Assembly: GCA_964503955.1 (NCBI GenBank) | Contig: CAZDCG010000001.1 | Span: forward strand, 237,804 to 301,803 | Reading direction: 5' to 3' | DNA: 64,000 nucleotides | Source: an uncultured Gammaproteobacteria bacterium | Lineage (GTDB): Bacteria > Patescibacteriota > Patescibacteriia > VMEV01 > CAYQCH01 | In this document: positions 1 through 9,203 of the stretch, in pieces | How positions within the stretch are numbered: the stretch's first letter is position 1 | Layout: the number at the start of each line of letters is the position of its first letter | Notes under the pieces: model-generated | What the model saw: only the letters and a program-made list of their open reading frames with translations | Databases searched by the model: none | Told to the model about the DNA's origin: nothing | Program-made: the position numbers and the translations under genes

Positions 1-1
1 A

Positions 2-328
2 AGGCAAGGACGCCTAATCGTACTTGGCAAGAAAGTCATCGCCAGCCATGAAAATCTTGTTGGGCAGGATTTTCGAACCAATGCCGGCGACAATAGCGCG
101 CGAAAGAGACGCATTGTCACTTACCCAAAACCTGTCCAGGCCATTGCCGTGAAGGCCGTTCAAAGCCTTGGATTCGAATTTGGCGGAGTTGATATCCTCT
201 TTGACCAAAAAGGACGCCCGTTCGTGGCCGAAGTTAATATCCCGTGCTACTTTACGACCACCCAGCAGCTGACCGGCATTGATATTGCCCTGGCCATGAT
301 CAAGCATCTCTTCCCCGCTCGCAGGTAA
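2..328 (+). CDS. ATP-grasp protein (RimK / alpha-L-glutamate ligase family), C-terminal fragment entering from upstream of the window
   Basis: Frame +2 translates to ...GDNSARKRRIVTYPKPVQAIAVKAVQSLGFEFGGVDILFDQKGRPFVAEVNIPCYF...TGIDIALAMIKHLFPARR*, which tracks the RimK C-terminus (..EREIAIKAA..LDVAGVDIL...GPLVMEVNASPG..TGIDIAGKMI). It is missing from the ORF track because no start codon lies inside the window. The stop is TAA 326-328. Confidence 0.7.
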   Translation, partial: RQGRLIVLGKKVIASHENLVGQDFRTNAGDNSARKRRIVTYPKPVQAIAVKAVQSLGFEFGGVDILFDQKGRPFVAEVNIPCYFTTTQQLTGIDIALAMIKHLFPARR

Positions 329-517
329 AAAAGTGTGGAAATACGATAAAATGCTGATTTTTATCAGCCCAGTCAAGAAAACAGGATTGTGAGCTATTTT
401 GATCCTCGCATTGTATAATAAACAGGGCCAGACGGCTCTGTTTTCTGTTTCAAGTTTTACACAGTTCAAATACGGGCTTTTTTGCTATAATCTGAACCTT
501 AATCAACTTATTTTATA

Positions 518-1249
518 ATGAAACCTATGAACAAAGGGATCATCATTGCGATCGCGGTGGTTGTCATCGCCGGCGCGCTTTATCTCCTCTCCTCTAAAAA
601 AGATGCCCAGGAAGCATCCGCTCCAACAAACACAGCTTCGCAAAATGCGGCTAATGATTCGACAAATGAAAACGAAGCCGTAGCCGTTGACACCAATGAA
701 GTCGAAGCGGGCAACTACGCGGTCGCGACCGAAGAAAGCACCGTTCAATGGCAAGGATCAAAAACGCTCATCGCCAACTATAAGGATAACGGAATCTTAA
801 AGATTGAAAGCGGGAACCTGATCGCCGCTGAAGACGGAAATGTCACAGGAACTATCATCTTTGACATGACGACGATTGCGGCAACAAGCACCGGGCGGGG
901 AACCGGAGAAGACATGCTTTCCAATCATTTGAAATCCGATGATTTCTTCTCTGTAGAAACCTATCCGACCGCGGAATTCACGATCAAAAAGGCTGAACCG
1001 GCTACTGAAGGATCTGCTTCTCACACGATCACCGGAGACCTGACGATCAAAGGCATCACGCATGAAATTTCTTTCCCGGCGACTGTTGGCATGAAAGACG
1101 GCCAGCTCGTGGCAAATGCTACCGTAACGCTTGACCGCACCCTTTGGGATGTCCGCTTTGGTTCAGATAAATTCTTCGATAATCTGGCCAATAATGTCAT
1201 CGATGACAACTTCATCGTGACATTCGCGCTCATTGCCAACAAGCAATAA
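518..1249 (+). CDS. YceI-like periplasmic/membrane-anchored protein (polyisoprenoid-binding family)
   Basis: N-terminal TM/signal anchor, then a YceI-type beta-barrel signature (GDLTIKGITHEISF...TLDRTLWDV...FG). Confidence 0.7.
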   Translation: MKPMNKGIIIAIAVVVIAGALYLLSSKKDAQEASAPTNTASQNAANDSTNENEAVAVDTNEVEAGNYAVATEESTVQWQGSKTLIANYKDNGILKIESGNLIAAEDGNVTGTIIFDMTTIAATSTGRGTGEDMLSNHLKSDDFFSVETYPTAEFTIKKAEPATEGSASHTITGDLTIKGITHEISFPATVGMKDGQLVANATVTLDRTLWDVRFGSDKFFDNLANNVIDDNFIVTFALIANKQ

Positions 1250-1262
1250 GATCGCTCTTCAG

Positions 1263-1289
1263 GCCCCGGGCATACCGGGGCCTTTTCAT
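1263..1289 (+). terminator. Rho-independent terminator after the yceI-like gene
   Basis: AGGCCCCGG-gcata-CCGGGGCCT hairpin followed by TTTT. Confidence 0.6.
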
Positions 1290-1293
1290 ATCT

Positions 1294-1893
1294 ATGCTCA
1301 AGAAAAATCAATACCCTATCGCCGCCGTGAATGCGATCGCCATCATCGGTTTTTTATGGCTCTTTCTTTCCCGCCACAATTATGAATTCATTTTCTATGT
1401 GGCAGTCATTGTCTTTTTTTACGCCGTTATCCTGCTCACGAATACGCGCGTGAACTATCCAAATGGATTGCTCTGGGGGCTTACGCTTTGGGGATTGATG
1501 CATATGTCTGGCGGCGGACTCTATCTGGGCGGTACAAAGCTTTATGAAGTGATTTTGATTCCTTTAAGCGAGCAGTATCAAATCTTCAAGTACGATCAGC
1601 TCGTCCATATCATCGGATTTGGCGTCGCGACAGGAGTCATGTGGATTCTTCTGCGGCCCCATCTCGAACCTCGGCGGACACATTGGACCGCGCTTTCCAT
1701 CGTGGTGATTATGGCGGGGCTTGGCGTAGGCGCGCTTAATGAAATTATCGAATTCATCGCCACCGTGATCACGCCTGAAACAGGTGTCGGAGGCTACGAG
1801 AATACCTCGCTTGATCTGATCGCCGACCTGATCGGCGCAATCATTGCCATGGCCTGGATTTACCTGAGCGAAAAGAAAGCCACAGCCGTGTAA
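1294..1893 (+). CDS. polytopic inner-membrane protein, DUF2238/YjdF-like
   Basis: 199 aa with about 6 TM segments and a conserved-looking NEIIEF...GYENTSLDLIADLIG segment. Confidence 0.45.
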   Translation: MLKKNQYPIAAVNAIAIIGFLWLFLSRHNYEFIFYVAVIVFFYAVILLTNTRVNYPNGLLWGLTLWGLMHMSGGGLYLGGTKLYEVILIPLSEQYQIFKYDQLVHIIGFGVATGVMWILLRPHLEPRRTHWTALSIVVIMAGLGVGALNEIIEFIATVITPETGVGGYENTSLDLIADLIGAIIAMAWIYLSEKKATAV

Positions 1894-1918
1894 AACAACT
1901 GGAAAAGAAGGCAAAGAT

Positions 1919-1956
1919 CAAGGTACCTTGCATAACAAGGTACCTTGTGCTATATT
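1919..1956 (+). promoter_or_regulatory. padR promoter with two tandem copies of the perfect 12-bp palindrome CAAGGTACCTTG overlapping -35/spacer; putative PadR operator
   Basis: CAAGGTACCTTG at 1919-1930 and 1936-1947, 5 bp apart. TTGCAT (1928-1933), a 17-bp spacer and TATATT (1951-1956) with an upstream TG. Confidence 0.55.
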
Positions 1957-1977
1957 GCCCATGATATTGAAAAACCT

Positions 1978-2328
1978 ATGAGTGAAGTCAATAATTCGCT
2001 TGAAAATACCAAAGCGCAGATGCGCAAAGGCACCCTGGAATTTTGCATTCTGCTCATTATCGCGGCAGGCAAAAAAATGTACGCCTCAGATATTTTGAAA
2101 GAACTGAAAAAGGCCCAGCTTATCGTGGTGGAAGGCACGCTCTACCCCCTGCTCAACCGGCTGAAACGCGAAGGGCTGCTTGATTATGAATGGATCGAGT
2201 CAAAGAACGGCCCTCCTCGCAAGTATTACGTCGTTACTGCTAACGGGCATAAAATGATCGCTCAGCTTATTGACACCTGGAAATCCCTCAATAAATCCAT
2301 CAATTCGCTCATGAAACAATATGAATAA
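1978..2328 (+). CDS. PadR family transcriptional regulator
   Basis: Winged-helix PadR signature (LEFCILLII...YASDILKELKK...VEGTLYPLLNRLKREGLLDYEW...PRKYYVVT). The ORF-track start at 1945 is TTG inside the promoter, so the first ATG (1978) was chosen. Confidence 0.8.
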   Translation: MSEVNNSLENTKAQMRKGTLEFCILLIIAAGKKMYASDILKELKKAQLIVVEGTLYPLLNRLKREGLLDYEWIESKNGPPRKYYVVTANGHKMIAQLIDTWKSLNKSINSLMKQYE

Positions 2329-4147
2329 GACGATTAGCATCACAATCAGCGGGCAGCTCTTCCACATCGAGGAAGAAGCCTACAAACGATTAGACGAATA
2401 TTTGCGCTCTATCCGCCAGCATTTTTCCACGTTTGAAGGCCACGAAGAAATCGTTGCCGACATTGAAGCGCGCATCGCCGAACACTTTGAGGAACGCTTA
2501 ACCGGCAAACAAGTACTCTCCGTCGCCGATGTTGATGACTTGATCTTAAATATGGGCACGGTCAACGATTTTGCCGAGTTTGAAGGCGAAGGCGGCAAAC
2601 AAGACCGCGAGGAGGAACGCAAACGAACAAAAAAACTCTACCGTGATCCGGATGACAAAATCTTGGGCGGTGTTGCCGCCGGTTTGGCAGCCTACTTTGG
2701 CCTTGATACGACCTTGGTGCGTCTGATCTTTGTGGTTGCGGTTTTAACAGGCGGCTGGGGAATCCTCTTGTATCTGATCCTCTGGATTGTCACCCCTGAG
2801 GCAAGCACCACCGCAGAAAAGGCGCATATGCGCGGCGAACCCGTGACGCTTTCTTCGATAGAACAGAAAATCCGCTCCGCCATGCCTAAACGAGACGGCG
2901 CAGATAACGGCCTTAAAAAAAAATTGGTTGAACCGCCGCTGAATCTGATTGCGCGCCTATTCAACTGGATCGCGGAAGTTATCCGTGTCATCGTCCCGTT
3001 CATCGGCAAAGTTATCGGCTTCTGTGTCACGCTCGGGGCCTCCATCGCTCTATTCTTTCTCACCTTCGGCTTTATCACCTTCATGGTGAACGCCGATTCG
3101 CAGTATGTCGATTTTCCGCTGCAATCAATTGTGGCGCCCACGGTGTTTTATGCCGTCAGCATTGCCGGCTTGATCGCCGTATTTGTGCCGCTGCTATTTA
3201 TCCTGCTGGTCGGTTCTTCCCTGCTAAAAGGGAGAAGCGCATTTTCCACCACGGTGGTCGGCAGTCTGATCGCGTTATGGATCACGGCCTTGATGGTTGG
3301 CGGCGTTACGGCATTCTCTGTCGCGCCAGAATACCGTGAAAAGTGGCTGGCGCAGGAATCAACACGCGTAGAGACGGATAAGCTGTTTGAAATAACGGAG
3401 TTTAACAACATTGAACTGTCCAATGGCTTTCGCGTGAACGTACAACAAGGTGATGCTTTTGCCGTCAGCGCGTCAGGCGACATGGAAGAACTCGACCACC
3501 TGCGCATCTTTGTGGAAAATGGCGTACTGCGAGCTGAACGAGAGGCATTTGATCGCCCATGGAGGCTCTGCTTCTTCTGCTTCCGTAACCGCCAGGTGAC
3601 GCTAGATGTGACCGCACCAACCCTGCAGGGTATCAGTGCGGAAAACGGAACATCTATCCGTGCAGAAGGATTTACGTTAGAAGCATTAACGCTTTCGGCA
3701 CGCAATGGTTCTCGCCTTGAAGTAATCGCCGATGCAACAACGATTGATGCCGATGTCAGTTCAGGCTCGCGGCTGATCCTGAACGGAAACAGTGAACAGG
3801 CTGACTTGCGTCTGAGCAATGGATCACGCATCGAATGGACTGGTGGCGTAAACCGCGTCAAGACTGATATCAGCAGCGCTTCCCGTCTGATCCTTGAAGG
3901 AACGGGCAATGACCTGAACGCGAAAGTTTATAACGGCTCCGTATTGGACGCCATCGATTTTATCTCCCAAACCGCAACGGTGAATGCAAGCTCGGCCAGT
4001 TCCGCGCATGTGCATGCCACAACCAAACTTGATCTTCGCGCAACCAATGGCAGCCGCATTGACTATGCTGATACCGGCATCGTACCAACAAAAGAAGTTT
4101 CTACCGGCAGCCGCATCCAGGTAATTGGAGGAGAGTATTACGAATAG
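2321..4147 (+). CDS. PspC-domain membrane protein with C-terminal DUF4097/DUF2807 beta-helical (putative adhesin, YvlB/LiaG-like) repeats
   Basis: PspC motif (KKLYRDPDDKILGGVAAGLAAYFGLDTTLVRLIFVVAVLTGGWGILLYLILWIV), several TM helices, then repeated NGS(R)(I/L) beta-strand motifs. Its ATG overlaps the padR stop by 8 nt. Confidence 0.75.
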   Translation: MNKTISITISGQLFHIEEEAYKRLDEYLRSIRQHFSTFEGHEEIVADIEARIAEHFEERLTGKQVLSVADVDDLILNMGTVNDFAEFEGEGGKQDREEERKRTKKLYRDPDDKILGGVAAGLAAYFGLDTTLVRLIFVVAVLTGGWGILLYLILWIVTPEASTTAEKAHMRGEPVTLSSIEQKIRSAMPKRDGADNGLKKKLVEPPLNLIARLFNWIAEVIRVIVPFIGKVIGFCVTLGASIALFFLTFGFITFMVNADSQYVDFPLQSIVAPTVFYAVSIAGLIAVFVPLLFILLVGSSLLKGRSAFSTTVVGSLIALWITALMVGGVTAFSVAPEYREKWLAQESTRVETDKLFEITEFNNIELSNGFRVNVQQGDAFAVSASGDMEELDHLRIFVENGVLRAEREAFDRPWRLCFFCFRNRQVTLDVTAPTLQGISAENGTSIRAEGFTLEALTLSARNGSRLEVIADATTIDADVSSGSRLILNGNSEQADLRLSNGSRIEWTGGVNRVKTDISSASRLILEGTGNDLNAKVYNGSVLDAIDFISQTATVNASSASSAHVHATTKLDLRATNGSRIDYADTGIVPTKEVSTGSRIQVIGGEYYE

Positions 4148-4181
4148 GCTGATAGCGTATTTGCGTTAACCAAACAGAATA

Positions 4182-4220
4182 CCCCCGGCTGGATGGAATC
4201 CAATCGGGGGTTATGTTTTG
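4182..4220 (+). terminator. Rho-independent terminator after the pspC-domain gene
   Basis: CCCCCG...CGGGGG hairpin followed by TTATGTTTT. Confidence 0.55.
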
Positions 4221-4343
4221 CTGCAGAGCAAGACGGCGGGATTCAACTTCCCGAAAGGAGGAGGAGAAGAAGGATAAGGACAAGAAGCAGGGTTTGGGAT
4301 TGACACAACCGCTCCTTTACCGTAGACTTTTAGAATTTCCCCT

Positions 4344-5387
4344 ATGACACGCAATGAATTCTTCAAAACCGAGTTTGCCGATGAGCCTGCCTACCGCGTG
4401 AAACAGCTGCTGCAGGCGCTTTATCGTCCTGAAATCCGTTCTTTCAACGATATTTCCACCCTGCCCGCCGCTCTTCGCGTGCGATTGCAGCAGCTGCCTT
4501 TTATCGCCTTTCAAGCGTCCACCGTGCTTGAGAGCAAAGACAAGCGGACATTCAAAGCTATGCTGACATTGCATGACGGCGAGCAAATCGAAACCGTTCT
4601 GATGAACAACCGCAAAGGAGCCTGGACGATTTGTGTTTCATCGCAAGTCGGCTGCGCCATGCGCTGCGGCTTCTGCGCGACCGGCACCATGGGCTTTAAG
4701 CGCAATCTGACCAGCGATGAAATTACGGACCAGTACCGTTTCTGGATGCACTTTCTGGCAGACAGGCCGCAGCTTGAACAGCGCATCTCCAATATTGTCT
4801 TCATGGGCATGGGAGAGCCTTTGGCAAATTACGCGCATGTCAAAGAAGCTATCAATGAATGGTTGAACTTCGTTGAGATCGGACCAACACGCATTACGGT
4901 TTCAACCGTGGGCATGCTTCCGCAGATGGAAAAACTGCTCACTGATCCTGAATGGCCGGGCATTAAGTTTGCTGTTTCTCTTCATTCCGCCGACCGGACC
5001 ATCCGTAAAGAAATCGTGCCTACATCGTACCCTGACTTTCTCCCCCGTCTTCAGCAATGGTGCAAAGAATATCTGCAAAGATTCGGCACCCGGGGCAAGC
5101 ACCTGACGTTTGAATACGTCATGCTTGATCAGACAAATGACAGCCTTGAAGACGCAAAAAAGCTCGCGAATTATGTAAACCGTACAGGCCCCATCAAGGT
5201 GAATCTGATTCCGTATAATCGCACCTCAAATCCCTTTGAGCGGACAAAATCAGAAGGGCTTGAACAATTCTTAGAGATGCTCAAATCAAAAGGTGTCACA
5301 GCGACCATCCGCGACACCCAGGGACAGGATATTGAAGCTGCTTGCGGCCAGCTCGTGAAACTCGGCCAGAGAAAGAAAGCAGCCTAG
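4344..5387 (+). CDS. rlmN: 23S rRNA/tRNA adenine-C2 methyltransferase RlmN (radical SAM)
   Basis: CxxxCxxC radical-SAM motif (GCAMRCGFCATG), and RlmN-like N- and C-terminal regions (MGMGEPLANY, IPYN). Confidence 0.85.
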   Translation: MTRNEFFKTEFADEPAYRVKQLLQALYRPEIRSFNDISTLPAALRVRLQQLPFIAFQASTVLESKDKRTFKAMLTLHDGEQIETVLMNNRKGAWTICVSSQVGCAMRCGFCATGTMGFKRNLTSDEITDQYRFWMHFLADRPQLEQRISNIVFMGMGEPLANYAHVKEAINEWLNFVEIGPTRITVSTVGMLPQMEKLLTDPEWPGIKFAVSLHSADRTIRKEIVPTSYPDFLPRLQQWCKEYLQRFGTRGKHLTFEYVMLDQTNDSLEDAKKLANYVNRTGPIKVNLIPYNRTSNPFERTKSEGLEQFLEMLKSKGVTATIRDTQGQDIEAACGQLVKLGQRKKAA

Positions 5388-5590
5388 TTTTTTTGCGAAT
5401 TAATTGCAAGTACGCGTTCGATGATTGCATCGTACATCAGAAATCTTTTCCATCAAGATTCCTGTTCACAGCATCTGATGATGGAGGCAGGTCCATTGCA
5501 ATTTTTTTGCATTTGAAAGAGTGATGTCTCTATCATAAACAGAGGAACAGGCAATCTCAAGCTTCTTGTCATCATTCACGCATAACAAAA

Positions 5591-5625
5591 GAAACACACC
5601 GCTGAACCGGTGTGTTTCTTTATCG
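5591..5625. terminator. bidirectional hairpin terminator in the convergent rlmN/KGG intergenic region
   Basis: GAAACACACCG-gctgaa-CCGGTGTGTTTC followed by a T-rich tail. Confidence 0.5.
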
Positions 5626-5945
5626 ACTCGAAAGTCTCAGACGAGAATCAAAAAAGCCGCAGGATTTTGGTCCGGTACTTTCGCCGAAACGATGACATGT
5701 TTTGCTGAGCACGTCCTCCTCCAAGGGGAGAACGGAACACATCGATCGTCAGCGGAAGATACGCGCGATCCACCTGCCGCTTTGTTGAGAAAAAGAACAT
5801 TCCCCTCACCTCCTTCCATTGATTAACGATAAATCGTTAACTGTAAAAATCATATATTGCCGCAGCATTGCCATCAATAGAACTGTCATCAAAATGCCCT
5901 GACAAACAAAGACCACCCTGTTCAGGTGGTCTCTGGTCGACTGTT

Positions 5946-6191
5946 TTATGCTAATTCTTTTTTCCGCTTCCTCGAGGCTTTCCCTCCCTGGCGTGCGTAC
6001 TCACGGACTTGCTCAGGCGTCATGCTTTGAAATCCGCCGGAGCTGTTTTTCCCTCCCCGGCTGCGCTCTTCGCGCGTCAGCTGGTGAGCCCGGCCGCTTG
6101 CTTGAGCGGCCTTTCCCCCTTTTTGCGCGACGCGTCGCCGGGTTTCCGGGTCCGCCGAAGCAAGTCCGCGTTTCGACTTTGTTTCAGCCAT
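5946..6191 (-). CDS. KGG-repeat general stress protein (YciG/GsiB-like)
   Basis: MAETKSKRGLASADPETRRRVAQKGGKAAQ...RGGKNSSGGFQSMTPEQVREYARQGGKA carries the KGG stress-protein repeats. The start was moved to the internal ATG at 6191; the track ORF has a longer non-protein-like leader. Confidence 0.7.
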   Translation of the reverse strand: MAETKSKRGLASADPETRRRVAQKGGKAAQASGRAHQLTREERSRGGKNSSGGFQSMTPEQVREYARQGGKASRKRKKELA

Positions 6192-6417
6192 AGAAATTGA
6201 TAAATGATAGAAAAGGCAGCTCTCTTCTAGTGGTTCCGACCTGCAGTTGCCTGCCACCACCAATTGCCGCTAAAAGGACCATCCGTTTCAACCGTATCTG
6301 TATATACTACGGAGGCACAGTACGCTTTTCAAGTGGAAAGCACGTGTAAGAGGGGGTTTTGTTGTCATTTTGCAACAGCAGAAGAAATAAAAACACCTCC
6401 TTGTCTTATTCTGGGAG

Positions 6418-6678
6418 GTGAATGAAACATCTATGGAAATCCTATCGATTCTGCTGGTCGGGCTTGTTGCCGGCTGGCTTGCAAGCCTCATTATGAAAGG
6501 CCGCGGCCTTGGATTCTGGGGAGATCTGCTGATCGGGATTGCAGGAGCCTTTATCGGAGGAATGATTTTTGACGCTCTGGATATTTTTACGCCCGGACTT
6601 GTCGGTTCGATCATTTCCGCCACAATCGGGGCTCTGGTTCTGCTGGCAATGATCAGCGTGATCCGCCGTCCGGCTTAA
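6418..6678 (+). CDS. GlsB/YeaQ/YmgE family small stress-response membrane protein
   Basis: Two glycine-zipper TM helices (LLVGLVAGWLASLIMKGRGLGFWGDLLIGIAGAFIGG). Alternative start at 6433. Confidence 0.7.
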   Translation: MNETSMEILSILLVGLVAGWLASLIMKGRGLGFWGDLLIGIAGAFIGGMIFDALDIFTPGLVGSIISATIGALVLLAMISVIRRPA

Positions 6679-7270
6679 ATCTCTCACGCCGCAGTTTGGC
6701 CAGCAAAATACCTTGGACAACCAGCAGCAACGCAAACGCGGTCAGCGACATTTGCGGAATGGTAATATAGCCGAATTCCAGAAAATAGTACGACGAACAT
6801 GCCGGCCCTTCCGTTCCGGCAGCGCATTCAATCACGGAAAGAAAGGAACCTCCGTAGGTTTCTTGTATCTGAATGGCGTAGTGGTATGCGGCAATCAGAA
6901 AGCCAATCGCCGTTAACGGCAGCGTATACAGAACGGCAGCCAAATCTTTCCTCTTCAAAGCAATAGCCGCGATGAATGCCTGCGGGTAAATAAAAATGCG
7001 CTGCCACCAGCAAAGCAGGCATGGGGCAAAATCAGCTACTTCAGAATAAAACAAGCTCATAAGAACGGCCGTGGCGGGAATCAGCAGAGAAAGCCAAAGC
7101 CCATAGCGTTCGATTTCGGTTCTCGCCTTAATCCAGATACCGCTGAAAGCCGGCAGCTTTCGTAAAAGAAAACAGACCAGCAGAACAGCCAGACCAAGAT
7201 GCGTGAGCAATACAAAAACGCTTAAAACTTTGGTGACGTACAGGGCAAGATAGTAATGCATAATAACCAC
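6653..7270 (-). CDS. disulfide bond formation protein B (DsbB/BdbC family)
   Basis: Four-TM protein with a CLLCWWQR pair and a second Cys pair (ECAAGTEGPAC), matching the BdbC/DsbB thiol-oxidase topology. Confidence 0.7.
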   Translation of the reverse strand: MVIMHYYLALYVTKVLSVFVLLTHLGLAVLLVCFLLRKLPAFSGIWIKARTEIERYGLWLSLLIPATAVLMSLFYSEVADFAPCLLCWWQRIFIYPQAFIAAIALKRKDLAAVLYTLPLTAIGFLIAAYHYAIQIQETYGGSFLSVIECAAGTEGPACSSYYFLEFGYITIPQMSLTAFALLLVVQGILLAKLRRERFKPDGGSR

Positions 7271-7304
7271 ATCCTACTAAAAAGCGTTTGGAAAGTCCAT
7301 GATG

Positions 7305-7338
7305 AAAAAGACAAAAGCCGCGCTATGGCGGCTTTTTC
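7305..7338 (-). terminator. terminator downstream of hup (minus strand)
   Basis: AAAGCCGCG-ctat-GGCGGCTTT hairpin with a T-run on the minus strand. Confidence 0.5.
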
Positions 7339-7362
7339 TTGTCTGTTGCTAAGAATGCCTAC

Positions 7363-7647
7363 TTACAATACGGCGTCTTTTGCAGCTTTTGCAACGCGGA
7401 ATTTCACCACGGTTTTTGCAGGAATCTGGATCTGTTCACCAGTCATCGGGTTGCGGCCGGTGCGAGCAGCACGCTGCTTCTTCACAAGCTTCCCAAGCCC
7501 CGGCAAGGTTACTTCACCAGCGCTCTTCACTTCGCGGTAGACCATGTCGGTCAAAGCATCCCACAAAGTCATCACATCTTTCTTGCTCATTTCGGTTTTG
7601 TCAGCCAAAGCCTGCATGAGCTGAGATTTTGTCATACCTTTTGCCAT
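7363..7647 (-). CDS. hup: HU family DNA-binding protein
   Basis: MTKSQLMQALADKTEMSKKDVMTLWDALTDMVYREVKSAGEVTLPGLGKLVKKQRAARTGRNPMTGEQIQIPAKTVVKFR carries the HU arm motif. The start is an internal ATG (7647, alternative 7635); the track ORF has a non-protein-like N-extension. Confidence 0.85.
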   Translation of the reverse strand: MAKGMTKSQLMQALADKTEMSKKDVMTLWDALTDMVYREVKSAGEVTLPGLGKLVKKQRAARTGRNPMTGEQIQIPAKTVVKFRVAKAAKDAVL

Positions 7648-8063
7648 ATCTATTTTTAGGCATTTAAAGATAAGTTCTCCCCTATTATAAAGCAAAGACC
7701 GCAATTTTGTACAAGTGCGGACTATTTCACAGATCAAAGTCATCTTCTTTTGTCAAATTGAAAACCCCGTTTACTGCCCGTCAGCGTCGAGGAAATAGGA
7801 CCGATGGGCTAGGAGGGGAACCCCGGTATTCTTTCCCGCTGACAGGCAGAAAAAGGGGTTCTGCCTTGTCGGGCGCAATCTTATCTAATCACCTCCCTGC
7901 TGTCAATCCATAGCAGACAAAATCCAAAAGGCCAAACCAAGAGTGATCTTGCGGTTTTTGCCTAAGTTGACGAGAATTTGTTGATACACGCCGACAATTT
8001 TCCGGTCCGTGTTCATTTCTGCTATAATGAAGTTGCCCACCCCTGTTGCAAGGGGATTTTTTT

Positions 8064-9161
8064 ATGGAGAAAGAAGCGCTTTACCGCCATGCCTTCAATC
8101 TGGTCGAAGGCATCGGCCCGTCCCGGTTCAAACGGTTACTTCAGTATTACGGCGGCGACGTGCAAGCCGCCTGGGAAGAGATCACCAGCGCCCCTCCCGG
8201 CCTGCTACCGGCCAAATGCATGCAGTCGCTGCGAGCGCTTAAGCAAAGCATCAACCTTGATCAGGAAGCTGCTCTGCTGCAGGCGCGCAATATTTCCACT
8301 ACCTATCCAGGCCAGGCGGATTTTCCTGTTCTGCTCAGCCAAATGCCTGATCCTCCCCTGCTCATTTACTATCAGGGAACGCTGCCGTCTCAACCTTCTG
8401 TCACCCTTGTTGGCTCCCGCACGCCAACCGCATATGGCAAGCGCATTGTTGACTGGATCATGGATACGCTTGCTCCTTTTCCTATTTCCATCATCAGCGG
8501 ACTCGCCCTTGGAATTGACGGCCTCAGCCATAAAGCAGCCCTGCGTTGCGGATTAGCAACGGCGGGGATCTTAGGTTCGGGCATTGAGCGTCTTTCCCCG
8601 CCAAGCCACCGTGAGCTCGCTGAAACAATGATCAATAAAGGAGGTTGCGTGCTGAGTGAGTTCCCCCCGTTCAAGCAGGCTCATAACGGATCCTTTCCGC
8701 GGCGCAACAGGCTTTTGGCTGCCTATTCGCGCGTGACCGTTGTTATTGAGGCTGCCAGACAATCCGGAGCACTCATCACCGCGCGCTATACCAATGACTA
8801 TGGCCGGGAAGTCTTTGCCGTTCCAGGCTCCATCTTCTCCGACCGATCAGACGGTTGCCATGAATTGATCAGCCAGGGAGCTGGCATCCTGCGTGAAGCC
8901 TCGGACCTGCTTGAGGCGCTGGGATTTGGACCAAAACCAGCTCCACAGCAGTCGGCAGCTATCTCAGCGGAAGAACAGGAAATCTACTCCTTATTAGGCA
9001 GCGAGCCAAAACCTCTTGATGAAATCCGAAAGAGCTCCGCCCGCTCAAGCGGGGAATTGCTGTCGATTCTCTCAAAATTGGAACTAAAACGCCTGATACT
9101 GCATACTCCCGGTCTTGGTTATCATTGGAATGAAATGAGGATCTCAAACAGGCACTTTTGA
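8064..9161 (+). CDS. dprA: DNA processing protein DprA (Smf)
   Basis: DprA Rossmann signature (VTLVGSRTPTAYGKRIVDWIMDTLAPFPISIISGLALGIDGLSHKAAL...TVVIEAARQSGALITA). dprA-topA synteny. Confidence 0.85.
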   Translation: MEKEALYRHAFNLVEGIGPSRFKRLLQYYGGDVQAAWEEITSAPPGLLPAKCMQSLRALKQSINLDQEAALLQARNISTTYPGQADFPVLLSQMPDPPLLIYYQGTLPSQPSVTLVGSRTPTAYGKRIVDWIMDTLAPFPISIISGLALGIDGLSHKAALRCGLATAGILGSGIERLSPPSHRELAETMINKGGCVLSEFPPFKQAHNGSFPRRNRLLAAYSRVTVVIEAARQSGALITARYTNDYGREVFAVPGSIFSDRSDGCHELISQGAGILREASDLLEALGFGPKPAPQQSAAISAEEQEIYSLLGSEPKPLDEIRKSSARSSGELLSILSKLELKRLILHTPGLGYHWNEMRISNRHF

Positions 9162-9203
9162 CAAAATTTCAAGGTTTGTGCTCTAATCAGACTACATTTT
9201 TCT

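Noticed and set aside
14-469. 151-aa minus-strand ORF at the window start
   Set aside because: It is antisense to a much better plus-strand frame (2-328) that encodes a clear RimK-like ATP-grasp C-terminus. Its N-terminal half is low-complexity, and non-coding signals lie within it.
2380-3909. Minus-strand ORFs (80, 149, 253 aa) inside the pspC-domain gene
   Set aside because: Antisense to a well-supported PspC/DUF4097 coding region.
7773-7852. Assigning the nested hairpin to SRP RNA, 6S RNA or tmRNA
   Set aside because: No GGAAGCAGCC-type SRP domain-IV motif and no tmRNA tag-reading frame or tRNA-like ends were found. Identity could not be supported from sequence alone, so it is reported only as a structured element.
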